Below, one piece after another: positions 20,518 to 29,753 of a stretch of DNA of 64,000 nt (position 1 is the first letter of the stretch; every line of letters begins with the position of its first letter). Under the pieces are notes generated by a model that was given only the letters and a program-made list of their open reading frames with translations, had not been told where the DNA came from and ran no database searches. The translations under genes were made by a program, and so were the position numbers. Origin of the DNA: an uncultured Pseudomonadales bacterium. GTDB taxonomy: Bacteria > Patescibacteriota > Microgenomatia > UBA1400 > PJMF01. Where the stretch lies: contig CAZKSJ010000002.1 in the NCBI GenBank assembly GCA_964555515.1, positions 537 to 64,536 of the forward strand, written 5' to 3'.

Positions 20518-21431
20518 ATGACTGGTTGTTTACCCCATTGATGAAGCACAAAGTGTGTGGCCGCTTTGCGATCTAATGGATTTTTAGACGAAAGCAATTG
20601 GAAAAACACGCGTCCCACATTAAATTTTGTTCGCCAATCGCCGTATCTGAAGAAAAAAATGAGCCGATTTCTGTTTTGAAAATACTGATGCAAACTTGAT
20701 CCCACCCCATCACTTGATCCAGCATTGACGTGCCAGACCTTAGCTTCATCTGAATAATGTATTTCGTAGCCTAAGTTTTTAACCCGCATTGATAAATCTG
20801 TGTCTTCAAAATATAGGAAGTAGTCATTATCTAGACTGCCAATTTTCTCCAAGATCTCTCTCTTCAATAACAAACAACACCCTGTAGCAAAATCAGATTT
20901 GGTCTGTTCTGCAAACTGTCCTTTGTCAATCTCGTCGACACCTCGATGAAAAGCAGACAGATTATCCCAATCGATGCTCCCGCCAGCATACCAGATCACT
21001 CGTCCGCGATCATCATCTTGATAGCTGTCATAGAAATATTCTCTACCAGCCTGAAAATATATTTTAGGTGAAATGATACCGCACTCAGGATGAACCTCAA
21101 GATAATTAATTAAGTGATTAAAGAGCTGTTCATGAACAACCGTATCATTATTAATTAGCATCACATAATCAACCGACTGTTTCTCGATGGCATACTCAAT
21201 ACCCATGTTGTTACCACCTGTAAAACCCAGGTTAGATTCGCTACGAATCACATCAATCCACTTCAATTTTCTCAACGCCTTCGGCAATGCATACTCAGTT
21301 GCTGAACCGTTATCTACCACAATCACTTGAACTTGATGATTGCCAATATCCGCAGCGACAATGCTTTTTAAGCACTGTGAGGTGAGCTCGTCAGAATTAA
21401 AGTTGACAATGATAATTGCGACTTCGGCCAT
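20514..21431 (-). CDS. Glycosyltransferase family 2 (rhamnosyltransferase-like GT2).
   Basis: VAIIIVNFNSDELTSQCLKSI...VIVVDNGSATE...MLINNDTVV, the pattern seen in WbbL-type GT2 enzymes. Confidence 0.7.
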   Translation of the reverse strand: MAEVAIIIVNFNSDELTSQCLKSIVAADIGNHQVQVIVVDNGSATEYALPKALRKLKWIDVIRSESNLGFTGGNNMGIEYAIEKQSVDYVMLINNDTVVHEQLFNHLINYLEVHPECGIISPKIYFQAGREYFYDSYQDDDRGRVIWYAGGSIDWDNLSAFHRGVDEIDKGQFAEQTKSDFATGCCLLLKREILEKIGSLDNDYFLYFEDTDLSMRVKNLGYEIHYSDEAKVWHVNAGSSDGVGSSLHQYFQNRNRLIFFFRYGDWRTKFNVGRVFFQLLSSKNPLDRKAATHFVLHQWGKQPVI

Positions 21432-21485
21432 TTGTTTATTATATACCTGTTATTATTATTCAATTAGGTGCTAGATATCAATCTA

Positions 21486-22394
21486 TTATTTGCTAATTCG
21501 CTTCTTAAGCTGCCACCATTTTTTGGTAACTCCTTGAGAATTTGCTACCCGTTCGGCTGCTAACCAGTAAGCCAACTCGCGCTGTAGTTGCTCCACCGCC
21601 TTCATAACATCCCCCTTTGGCTGATGAGTTAGTGGGCACCCCTGCAATTCCCAAGCCTTTAGCTCTACGACTAATTGATAAGTACTTTGTAAAAATGACA
21701 AGGCAATGCCATGCACATCTTCACTGATCCCTTCTTCGGCAAACAAGCGGCGCATTAATTCCTGCCGATAGGTATCAATCAACTGACTAGGCTGAATCGT
21801 CAATTGAGACTTACCCTCCTTAGCAGAAATAGTCGTGTATCGATCTAAGCGCTGCAGATAATCACTTACCGAGCGATAATTATGGTGCTCGATGGCTAAA
21901 TCCTCAGCAACGGGCAAGTACTCAATCTGACCCTCAATGATTGGTTGGCTGTGAATTTCATTGCGCCACTTCACTTTGCCACGCCTAAATAACCGTGGTT
22001 GGTAGTCTGGCCACCAGCCAGTTTTTTGAATCCACTTGCCGAAGATGATGTTCTTACGAGCGATAAAATAGCAGGACACATCTGGGTCTTGAGTGACCAC
22101 CGTCTCAATTTTTTTCTTTAAGCCGCTGGAAATTATTTCGTCTGCATCCACCAACAATACCCAGTCAAACTTGGCTTTGCTCAAGGCAAAGTTGCGGGCT
22201 GGCTCAACGTACGACACATCCTCTTTAAAATCATAAATTTTTTCAGTGAATTTCTTTGCAATCGCCTTACTATTATCACTGCTCAGCATATCTACCACCA
22301 CAATCTCATCAGCCCACTTCACAGACTGGAGAGTGTCTTTGAGGGTTTCCGCCGCATTTTTGGTATTGATTACTACAGAAACTTCTGCTGCCAT
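21486..22394 (-). CDS. Glycosyltransferase family 2.
   Basis: VSVVINTKNAAETLKDTLQSV...IVVVDMLSSDNS...LLVDADEI. Confidence 0.7.
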   Translation of the reverse strand: MAAEVSVVINTKNAAETLKDTLQSVKWADEIVVVDMLSSDNSKAIAKKFTEKIYDFKEDVSYVEPARNFALSKAKFDWVLLVDADEIISSGLKKKIETVVTQDPDVSCYFIARKNIIFGKWIQKTGWWPDYQPRLFRRGKVKWRNEIHSQPIIEGQIEYLPVAEDLAIEHHNYRSVSDYLQRLDRYTTISAKEGKSQLTIQPSQLIDTYRQELMRRLFAEEGISEDVHGIALSFLQSTYQLVVELKAWELQGCPLTHQPKGDVMKAVEQLQRELAYWLAAERVANSQGVTKKWWQLKKRISK

Positions 22395-22425
22395 AAAATG
22401 TCTCCATTAACATCGTACAGGGTCT

Positions 22426-23991
22426 TTACCGATGTTGCAAAAGTGAGCTAACTTCAAACTTTAATTTTTGATATCCGGTGAGCACTATCACAACTACGTA
22501 TGCTAGGCCGGTTAACACCATTCCCACAAACATCATCGGTAGGCTACTCAACCACCACGACATACCCAGAACTCCAAAGACTGCCATCACTAGACTAGCC
22601 AGGATCTGGCGCCAAACCTGATCCCATGGTTCTATAGGCACGTATTTTTTCACCAACCAAAACGGAATTACTGAAGATAAGCTGATCACCAATGCAGAGA
22701 TAGCCACGCCTTCATAACCAAATTTAATAACTAGCAATGGTGTCAGCAACCAAGTTAATGCTGTCCAAAACACCATTAGTTTTAAAGTGGTGGAAATTTT
22801 GCCAATCGCGTTGAGAGTGTTCGTTAACGGGGTGGACAAGGCGCTGCCCAAAATACTTAAGGTAAACAAAATCACGCTTAAAACAGCTGGTTGCCACTTG
22901 TTATATTGTGGAATTAAAGTGACTAGCGGATAAATAAATACTGACATACCAATTAAGATAGGAAAGATTGCCAAGGATATAAAAAATAATGACTTTTCAA
23001 TCGCTCTTTTTAGCAAATGAGTTTGGCTTTGCAGCCGCGAAAAAGTAGGAAATGTCACCGCCATCACGTTCTGGACCGTCAAATTATAGGGATACATGGA
23101 CCAGTTTTTTGACCACTGTACATAGCCAAAGTCCTTTAGAGGCAAGTACAAACCGAGTGCTAAGAAAAAGAGGTTGTCCTTGATCCGTGCCAACAAATCA
23201 TTTAACTGAAACTTAACTCCATAACCCAGTAGTTTTTTTACTGAGGAAGCATAGATACCAATCTTTGGCCACCAAGGCTTGATGGAGTACATGACTATCA
23301 CCCCCACAATCGAGCGACCAATGATGGCCGGCGCATAAGCCATCGCCCCCAAACCCTGCCATGCTAATGCTACCAACACAATATTAAACAATAGTTGTTC
23401 CACTATTTGTGGAATCACCAATTTAGAAAAGTCTAACTCCCTTTCTAACTGAATAGCTGGAATGGTTTTTAAAGAAGCCAGGGGAAATGAGAAACCTAAG
23501 GCCAGCAGAATCAGATTGGCGGCGTTTGAGCCGGTTTTTTCTAGTAAAAACCCTGATAAAACAATCAGCACACAAACAGCAAATATTAGCCATGACAAAG
23601 CCTGCTGCAAGGAAAATGCAGTTGCATAGTCATGATCAGTTGGCTCTGTTTTTGATTGAATTAAAGCAGCGGCCAGGCCGATATCTGAAAAGAAAACCAA
23701 GATACCAATGATCTGCACCACGATTCCATAAACAGCAAAGTCCTCAGGGGAGAAAAAAGAACTCAAGATAAAGATAGTCACTAAGCCAATTGCTTGCAAC
23801 AAAATTGTTCTCAAAAAAAATGAAGCTGCCCCACGCACAGACTGGCGTTTGACATGCGCCACATATTGGTCTGTGGTCATGGCGGATTGAGACGCTGCCA
23901 AAGTTGGTGAAGGTACGGTCTCATTTGAATTAGGCTCGGCCACGGTCAATAAAGGTACTCGTACTGTTGGAGTCAAATTTTTTTTGGCCAT
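22426..23991 (-). CDS. Wzx-type oligosaccharide flippase (MOP/polysaccharide biosynthesis protein family).
   Basis: About 14 predicted TM helices and a typical MOP flippase layout. Start set at MAKKNL (23991), 2 nt after the stop of the upstream gene. The track's 28-aa N-terminal extension overlaps that gene. Confidence 0.7.
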   Translation of the reverse strand: MAKKNLTPTVRVPLLTVAEPNSNETVPSPTLAASQSAMTTDQYVAHVKRQSVRGAASFFLRTILLQAIGLVTIFILSSFFSPEDFAVYGIVVQIIGILVFFSDIGLAAALIQSKTEPTDHDYATAFSLQQALSWLIFAVCVLIVLSGFLLEKTGSNAANLILLALGFSFPLASLKTIPAIQLERELDFSKLVIPQIVEQLLFNIVLVALAWQGLGAMAYAPAIIGRSIVGVIVMYSIKPWWPKIGIYASSVKKLLGYGVKFQLNDLLARIKDNLFFLALGLYLPLKDFGYVQWSKNWSMYPYNLTVQNVMAVTFPTFSRLQSQTHLLKRAIEKSLFFISLAIFPILIGMSVFIYPLVTLIPQYNKWQPAVLSVILFTLSILGSALSTPLTNTLNAIGKISTTLKLMVFWTALTWLLTPLLVIKFGYEGVAISALVISLSSVIPFWLVKKYVPIEPWDQVWRQILASLVMAVFGVLGMSWWLSSLPMMFVGMVLTGLAYVVVIVLTGYQKLKFEVSSLLQHR

Positions 23992-23993
23992 AA

Positions 23994-25805
23994 CTAATCC
24001 CTTTGTTGGCGCTGGTGGTAAAAAAAAGTCAACACCACCAGCAAAGCCACAGCAGATATTACATCCGCCCACCATCTAATCGGTGTTGATGCAAAGTTAA
24101 TCCCCACCAAGTGCTCACCCGCTGGCACCAGTACTTGGATCAAGCCATCTTTATCGATTGTTGTTGGCACGCGCTCTCCATCAACCTCTGCTACCCACCC
24201 CGGAAAGTACGCCACAGAAAAGCTAATTTGACTATCATCAGTCTGTGCCAACTCGATCAACTTCTGATGCGTTCTATTTACTAATACTTTGTCCACCAAT
24301 CTCTCACCTTCATCGAGATTGCATTCAGGATCACACTTAAATGGTTGAGTTGGAGCCTGGTCAATCAACTTAAAATCTTTGGGCATAAAGTCCGGTAAAA
24401 TGCCACTCATCTGCTTCTGAATCTTCAGCTCGTCTGCATAGTACAGTTCTTCTGGGTTATCAAGTAACGATTCTGCTTTAAAGTACCGAAAGTTGCCTAA
24501 AATTAAGAGGATGAGCACTCCTGCAACCAATAACCTACTTGGAAAGCTTTTTACTAAGCGCGTGGCATAACCAATCATAAGTCCGGAAAAAACTGCTGTC
24601 ACAGCTAAAAATCTCCACGGAAATTGCACGTATCGCAACAATTCAGTACCTTCCCAAGCAAATAAAGTTTTCTCGGTAGCCAACAGAATGCTCATGGCAA
24701 ATAATAAGCACGCCGTCCACAGCAAGCCGTGCTGCCAAAGAAATTTTTGCCTCAACTGACGCTGATGCCAGAAGAGTCTAGCCGTCAACAAGCCGGTGAT
24801 AAAAATTCCCACCAACTGTCCCCAACCTAGAAAAAAGGAGATGCCATCTTCCGGTCCCCAAACCGATCCACCATATCCCCAATATGGCGTAAATAACTGC
24901 CTTAAATAAATAAAATGAAGATGAAAATCAAAGTATCCAGAGATGATCAACTTCTCCACCATAGTGTAATGTTTCTCAGTAAATGCAGGCAATAAATAAA
25001 ATGCCGACAACGCTCCCGCCAGAACGTAGGCGGTGCTAAATTTAGGCAAATATTCTTTGACATCTTCCAGCATGATTTTGCGAAGATGAGATGAATTATT
25101 CTGGCTCACTTGATTGGCATTAACCCACATCCATTTGAATCCCAACCATAGCAACACAAACAATAAGGCAAACGGAACAAAAATAAGAGTCATTAAGTTA
25201 TGACTCAAGAAAAGAGTGCACAAACTGAGCAATAATATCCACAAGCCGTGTTTTTGTCGTTTCAATATTAGCACTGACCCATATAAAACCATGACTCCAG
25301 CCATCATCCCCCAGGCTTCACCCAAAGCACCACGGATGAATAGATTAACTGCCCGGTATGGGGCGAGCGTAATTGCTGCAGCCGTCATTAATCCACCCAG
25401 GCGCCCAAAGAGTGACTTGCCCAATAAATACGCTGCAATGGCTGTACCTAGTGTTGCTAACCAAAACAATAACTGAACACTGACGGGCAAAGAGAAACCA
25501 AATAGCCAAAATAGAGCACCCAAGTAATAAGGAAGAGGGGCATAAAACTCAAACAAAGGCATGCCGTAACCGTATCCAAGGTTTTGACTCCAGCGGACGG
25601 GAAAGTGACCATCTTGTAATGCCCTGCCCATTTCCGCAATTCTTGCGCCATGTACATAGTCGTGGGTCTTAATCATGCCTGGTTGAAGTAGTTCCCATGA
25701 CGCAGCGAACACAAGTGCAGCTAGTATCATTCCCACCAAAATCCGCTTCATAGATAGTATTGTAGCGTAATCAGTGGTTATAATGTGCACTGATGGCAGA
25801 TTCAT
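23994..25805 (-). CDS. GT-C-fold membrane glycosyltransferase, YfhO/PTPS-related family (paralog 3 of 3).
   Basis: Motif IKTHDYVHGARIAEMG...GYGYGMPLFEFYAPLP. C-terminal AYFPGWVAEVDGERV...VPAGEHLVGINFASTP followed by a TM anchor. Confidence 0.5.
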   Translation of the reverse strand: MNLPSVHIITTDYATILSMKRILVGMILAALVFAASWELLQPGMIKTHDYVHGARIAEMGRALQDGHFPVRWSQNLGYGYGMPLFEFYAPLPYYLGALFWLFGFSLPVSVQLLFWLATLGTAIAAYLLGKSLFGRLGGLMTAAAITLAPYRAVNLFIRGALGEAWGMMAGVMVLYGSVLILKRQKHGLWILLLSLCTLFLSHNLMTLIFVPFALLFVLLWLGFKWMWVNANQVSQNNSSHLRKIMLEDVKEYLPKFSTAYVLAGALSAFYLLPAFTEKHYTMVEKLIISGYFDFHLHFIYLRQLFTPYWGYGGSVWGPEDGISFFLGWGQLVGIFITGLLTARLFWHQRQLRQKFLWQHGLLWTACLLFAMSILLATEKTLFAWEGTELLRYVQFPWRFLAVTAVFSGLMIGYATRLVKSFPSRLLVAGVLILLILGNFRYFKAESLLDNPEELYYADELKIQKQMSGILPDFMPKDFKLIDQAPTQPFKCDPECNLDEGERLVDKVLVNRTHQKLIELAQTDDSQISFSVAYFPGWVAEVDGERVPTTIDKDGLIQVLVPAGEHLVGINFASTPIRWWADVISAVALLVVLTFFYHQRQQRD

Positions 25806-25873
25806 TTAAAACTAGCAACCCTGCATACTACTCTCTCGCAGAAGGCGTGCCAGAGAAAACACAGCCTGCAGAG

Positions 25874-26950
25874 ATGTTTAGTCTTCCCAAATTGCTGCTT
25901 AAAGCAACACTATTGGCAATAGGTATATTTTTTGTGATGGTCATTGCAACCGCGCTCATCGCCAGCATCTTTGCTTACCACCGCGCTAATCAATTTTTAA
26001 ATCAAGTTCCCCTTAGTTGGTCTGAGGTTTATAACTTATCAAAATTAAGTCAAGCACATCAAGTAAATAATGACCAAGGCATTTCAAACTTTTTAATCTT
26101 GGGCACCGACACTGTGCCTAACAAACCCAACGCACCAGTCCTAACAGATAGCGTCCTGCTCGTTAGTCTTAATAGTAATAATGGAGAAATCAACCTCATC
26201 TCATTACCGAGAGACTTGTGGATAGATGCCTATCAGACCAGAATAAATGCTCTCTACTACTATGGTCAAGAGCGTTATCCTACGCAACCTGAACTTTTTC
26301 CCACAGAGGTGGTTGCGGAACTAACTGGCCTACCAATTCATTACACGTTGATCATTTCTCTAGAAACACTCAGCCAGATGGTTGATGCCTTGGGAGGCAT
26401 TGAAGTTGAAGTAGCCGCAAGTTTTACCGATACGCAGTTCCCCAGAGATGAGGTAGACGTTAGAGCCGAACAAGATCCAACTAAACTTTATAAAACTATT
26501 ACTTTTACGCAAGGTATCGAGCACATGAGTGGGAGTCGTGTTTTAGAATACGCCCGCAGCCGTTATAGCAATGGAGAGACAGGCACTGATCTCAACCGAT
26601 CTGAGCGACAGCAAGCAGTCATCGCTGGCATAATGAATAAATTGTCCAAGCCCTCGGTCATGCTTGACCCCAACACCGCTGCCAAAATTTACCTAATCTA
26701 TGATCAACAACTTGCTACAGCAGTGCCACTGATTGATATAGTCGTCTTTTTAAAACAGCTCTTCCCCTTGCGAGACCAAATTGTGTTGCAGAGTCATCAC
26801 CTAGCTATCTATCCAGATGAAGAAAATGGGGTAATTGAGCACCCGCCCATGAAGACAACGCAGGGCCAGTGGATCTATCAAGTTCGCAATCCTGAGCTTT
26901 TCCAACAGGAAATCTATGATAAGCTGGCTATCAAATCTACTCAAAAGTGA
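25874..26950 (+). CDS. LytR-CpsA-Psr (LCP) family glycopolymer-to-peptidoglycan ligase.
   Basis: N-terminal TM helix, then FLILGTDTVPNK...TDSVLLVSLNS...ISLPRDLWID, the LCP signature. Start placed at the internal Met MFSLPK. The track start at 25793 would overlap the divergent upstream gene by 13 nt. Confidence 0.75.
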   Translation: MFSLPKLLLKATLLAIGIFFVMVIATALIASIFAYHRANQFLNQVPLSWSEVYNLSKLSQAHQVNNDQGISNFLILGTDTVPNKPNAPVLTDSVLLVSLNSNNGEINLISLPRDLWIDAYQTRINALYYYGQERYPTQPELFPTEVVAELTGLPIHYTLIISLETLSQMVDALGGIEVEVAASFTDTQFPRDEVDVRAEQDPTKLYKTITFTQGIEHMSGSRVLEYARSRYSNGETGTDLNRSERQQAVIAGIMNKLSKPSVMLDPNTAAKIYLIYDQQLATAVPLIDIVVFLKQLFPLRDQIVLQSHHLAIYPDEENGVIEHPPMKTTQGQWIYQVRNPELFQQEIYDKLAIKSTQK

Positions 26951-26962
26951 GTTTTTAAATAT

Positions 26963-27187
26963 ATGCCAAAAAATACTCAATTTCAGCCGCTGCCAATATT
27001 AATGGTTAACCGAATCTTAATCGTGATCGTGATCGGACTTGCTATTTTAGCGGGTTATTTTCACGCTAGAATGAGTAACGAAATTAGGATATCTGAACGC
27101 CTATTGAGCAACTACCAAACTTGCCAGCAAGCACTGGTGAATTTGGCTGATGCCGATGATCAGCCTGCTGTAGAGTCATTAGAATGA
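26963..27187 (+). CDS. Small hypothetical membrane protein (74 aa).
   Basis: Single hydrophobic helix ILIVIVIGLAILAGYF. Sits between the LCP gene and rmlB. Confidence 0.3.
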   Translation: MPKNTQFQPLPILMVNRILIVIVIGLAILAGYFHARMSNEIRISERLLSNYQTCQQALVNLADADDQPAVESLE

Positions 27188-27212
27188 TCATAATTTGGAT
27201 TTATAGGTATAA

Positions 27213-28277
27213 TTGATAGACAAAGATCTTATGACACAAGAGCAATCGCCTCGGAAATTATTAGTTACAGGTGGGGCTGGATTTATCGGCTCAAACTTCA
27301 TTCATTATTGGTTGCAGCACTACCCTCAAGACGAGATTTATAATCTGGACGCGCTCACATACGCTGGGAATTTAGAAAATTTGGCAGACATCGCTGATCT
27401 TAGTAATTATCACTTTATCAAAGGTGATATTTGTAATGCTCAGCTAGTTGATGAGATCATGGCCGGCACTAACCTCGTCGTGCACTTTGCTGCGGAGTCA
27501 CACGTTGACCGCTCCATCTCCGAACCTGATCAGTTTTTGCAAACAAATATCATTGGCACCCACAATTTGTTGCAAGCATCCTTAAAACATCGCGTGACTC
27601 GTTTCCACCACATTTCTACTGATGAAGTTTTTGGCAGTCTTGAACTTGGATCAGCTGCTAAATTCACCGAGCAAACCAATTATCATCCCAACAGCCCCTA
27701 CTCGGCAAGTAAGGCTAGTTCAGATCACTTGGTGCGCGCTTATGGTGAGACTTATGGCTTGAACTACAGTATTAGTAACTGTTCAAATAATTACGGGCCG
27801 TACCAATTTCCAGAGAAGTTCGTCAGCTTAGCGATCACCAACTTGATTGATGATCAACCTGTTCCGGTTTACGGTTCAGGAGAAAATATTCGCGACTGGT
27901 TATATGTCACCGACCATTGTGCGGCCATTGATCAAGTTATTCATCAGGCCGGTGATCAACAAACCTATTTAGTGGGTGGCTTGACCAATGATGTCAATAA
28001 CTTAGAGTTGCTGAAAATCATCGCCAATTTGATGCACAAGCCAGACTCAATGTTTGAATTTGTGACCGACCGGCCAGGTCATGATTTACGCTACGCCGTT
28101 GATTGGCAAAAAATCAACCAAGAATTGGGCTGGTCACCTCAGGTTACTCTAGAAGAAGGACTGCAAGCCACCATTACTTGGTATCAAGAACATCAAACTT
28201 GGTGGAGGCAGCTAAAAGAGAAGAATCAGGAATATTTTAAAAAACAGTACCAACAACCTGTAACTAATAAGGAGTAA
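27213..28277 (+). CDS. rfbB: dTDP-glucose 4,6-dehydratase.
   Basis: LLVTGGAGFIGSNFIHYWL, HFAAESHVDRSI and the YxxxK catalytic motif (YSASKASSDHLVRAYG). Confidence 0.85.
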   Translation: MIDKDLMTQEQSPRKLLVTGGAGFIGSNFIHYWLQHYPQDEIYNLDALTYAGNLENLADIADLSNYHFIKGDICNAQLVDEIMAGTNLVVHFAAESHVDRSISEPDQFLQTNIIGTHNLLQASLKHRVTRFHHISTDEVFGSLELGSAAKFTEQTNYHPNSPYSASKASSDHLVRAYGETYGLNYSISNCSNNYGPYQFPEKFVSLAITNLIDDQPVPVYGSGENIRDWLYVTDHCAAIDQVIHQAGDQQTYLVGGLTNDVNNLELLKIIANLMHKPDSMFEFVTDRPGHDLRYAVDWQKINQELGWSPQVTLEEGLQATITWYQEHQTWWRQLKEKNQEYFKKQYQQPVTNKE

Positions 28278-28278
28278 T

Positions 28279-28812
28279 ATGAAAGTTGATCCCAAATACC
28301 AAGCAATGCTGACAACCCAAGACTATGGTTCCTCTCCCTCCATCGATGGTGTCGAACTAATCAAGCTTAACCTACATACAGATGACGGGGGAAATTTTCT
28401 TGAAGTCTTTCGTCTCACCGACTCCCAAGTTAGCGGTTTATCCACCGCCTTTGAAGTTAGGCAAGTTAGTCTTTCTGTCATGTATCCTCAGGTTGTGAAA
28501 GCTTTTCATATACATCAGAAGCAAGATGATTTGTGGTTCGTGCCACCTTCTCACCGGTTATTAATCAACCTGCATGATGTGAGAGAGGGCAGTAGTACTT
28601 TTGATCAACACATGCGCGTAGTTTTGGGCGGAGGGCAAGCCAATTTGCTCCGAATTCCCACTGGCGTCGCGCATGGTGTTAAGAATTGTTATGATCAACC
28701 CATGTTTTTATTTTACGCCACCAATCAGCAATTCAATGCGCAAGCTCCCGATGAAAATCGGTTACCTTGGGATGTTTTTGGGTCTGATGTCTGGGAAGTT
28801 ACCAAAGGTTGA
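28279..28812 (+). CDS. rfbC: dTDP-4-dehydrorhamnose 3,5-epimerase-like cupin (RmlC).
   Basis: 177 aa. Cupin blocks KAFHIHQ, LLRIPTGVAHGV and the terminal RLPWD align with RmlC conserved regions. Sits between rmlB and rmlD. Confidence 0.65.
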   Translation: MKVDPKYQAMLTTQDYGSSPSIDGVELIKLNLHTDDGGNFLEVFRLTDSQVSGLSTAFEVRQVSLSVMYPQVVKAFHIHQKQDDLWFVPPSHRLLINLHDVREGSSTFDQHMRVVLGGGQANLLRIPTGVAHGVKNCYDQPMFLFYATNQQFNAQAPDENRLPWDVFGSDVWEVTKG

Positions 28813-28839
28813 TTATTAACTCTTTTTAAAAACAACAGA

Positions 28840-29733
28840 ATGAAATCAGAAATACTTGTCACTGGGTCTGGTGGATTAATCGGTTCTAAGTTTGTGCAAT
28901 CTTTGGCTGATCGGTATCATTTTCAGATGCTGGATATATCACATCCCACCAATCCGGTTGATATCACTAACTTTCAGCAACTTTTTAATTCAGTGCAGAA
29001 TTCTACTGCTCCTTTTTTAGTGCACTTTGCAGCTTACACCGATGTGACTGGAGCTTGGCAACAGACGGGTGATCAAACCGGCATTGCCTACCAAGTCAAC
29101 GTCGTTGGCACCCAAAATATTGTCAAGGTCTGTCAAGAAACAAACAAACACTTGATTCATATTTCTACTGCCTATGTGTTTGATGGTCAGAAAAAGGAAC
29201 AATACCTTGAAACTGATCGCGTTCATCCTATTGAGTGGTACGGAGAAACCAAAGCAAAGGCGGAAGAAGAAGTCATGAAAAGTGACAAGCCTTGGACAAT
29301 TCTTCGTATCGACCAACCATTCCGTCAAGATCCTTTCGTTAAACCAGACATTGCCCATGGCATTGCCCACCAGCTCCTGGATCACACCTTGCCTCCCCAG
29401 TTCATTGACCACTGGTTTGGCCCGACGGTAATTGAGGACTTAGTGAAAGTGATTGAGTGGGTTTTTCGCACTAATACGACCGGCTTGTATCACGCCACTA
29501 GCGGTGAGTCTTGGAACAATTTTGAATTTGCCACCAAAATTGCTGAACTGATGAATAGCTCAAATCAGGTTCAGTCTAGCAAACTGGCGGATTATCTAAA
29601 AACTTCTCAACGTCCATACCAACAAAATACCGCTCTCAATAATCAAAAGTTGGCCTCATTGCTAGATTTTAAACTTAACTCTGTCACATCAGCCTTAAAA
29701 TTAGTTAATTACTCATCGTCCGCAGCACTTTGA
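28840..29733 (+). CDS. rfbD: dTDP-4-dehydrorhamnose reductase (RmlD).
   Basis: ILVTGSGGLIGSKF Rossmann motif and catalytic YGETKAKAEE. About 297 aa, typical RmlD size, in the expected operon position. Confidence 0.65.
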   Translation: MKSEILVTGSGGLIGSKFVQSLADRYHFQMLDISHPTNPVDITNFQQLFNSVQNSTAPFLVHFAAYTDVTGAWQQTGDQTGIAYQVNVVGTQNIVKVCQETNKHLIHISTAYVFDGQKKEQYLETDRVHPIEWYGETKAKAEEEVMKSDKPWTILRIDQPFRQDPFVKPDIAHGIAHQLLDHTLPPQFIDHWFGPTVIEDLVKVIEWVFRTNTTGLYHATSGESWNNFEFATKIAELMNSSNQVQSSKLADYLKTSQRPYQQNTALNNQKLASLLDFKLNSVTSALKLVNYSSSAAL

Positions 29734-29753
29734 AACTTGGTTAATTTTGATTA

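Noticed and set aside
23992-24075. 28-aa N-terminal extension of the Wzx flippase ORF that overlaps the upstream gene
   Set aside because: The Met at 23991 (MAKKNL) gives a 2-nt intergenic gap and a normal flippase N-terminus, so the extension is probably not translated.
25793-25873. Start of the LCP gene at 25793, which would overlap the divergent upstream gene by 13 nt
   Set aside because: Divergent 5' overlaps are uncommon. The internal Met at 25874 is followed immediately by the TM helix typical of LCP proteins.
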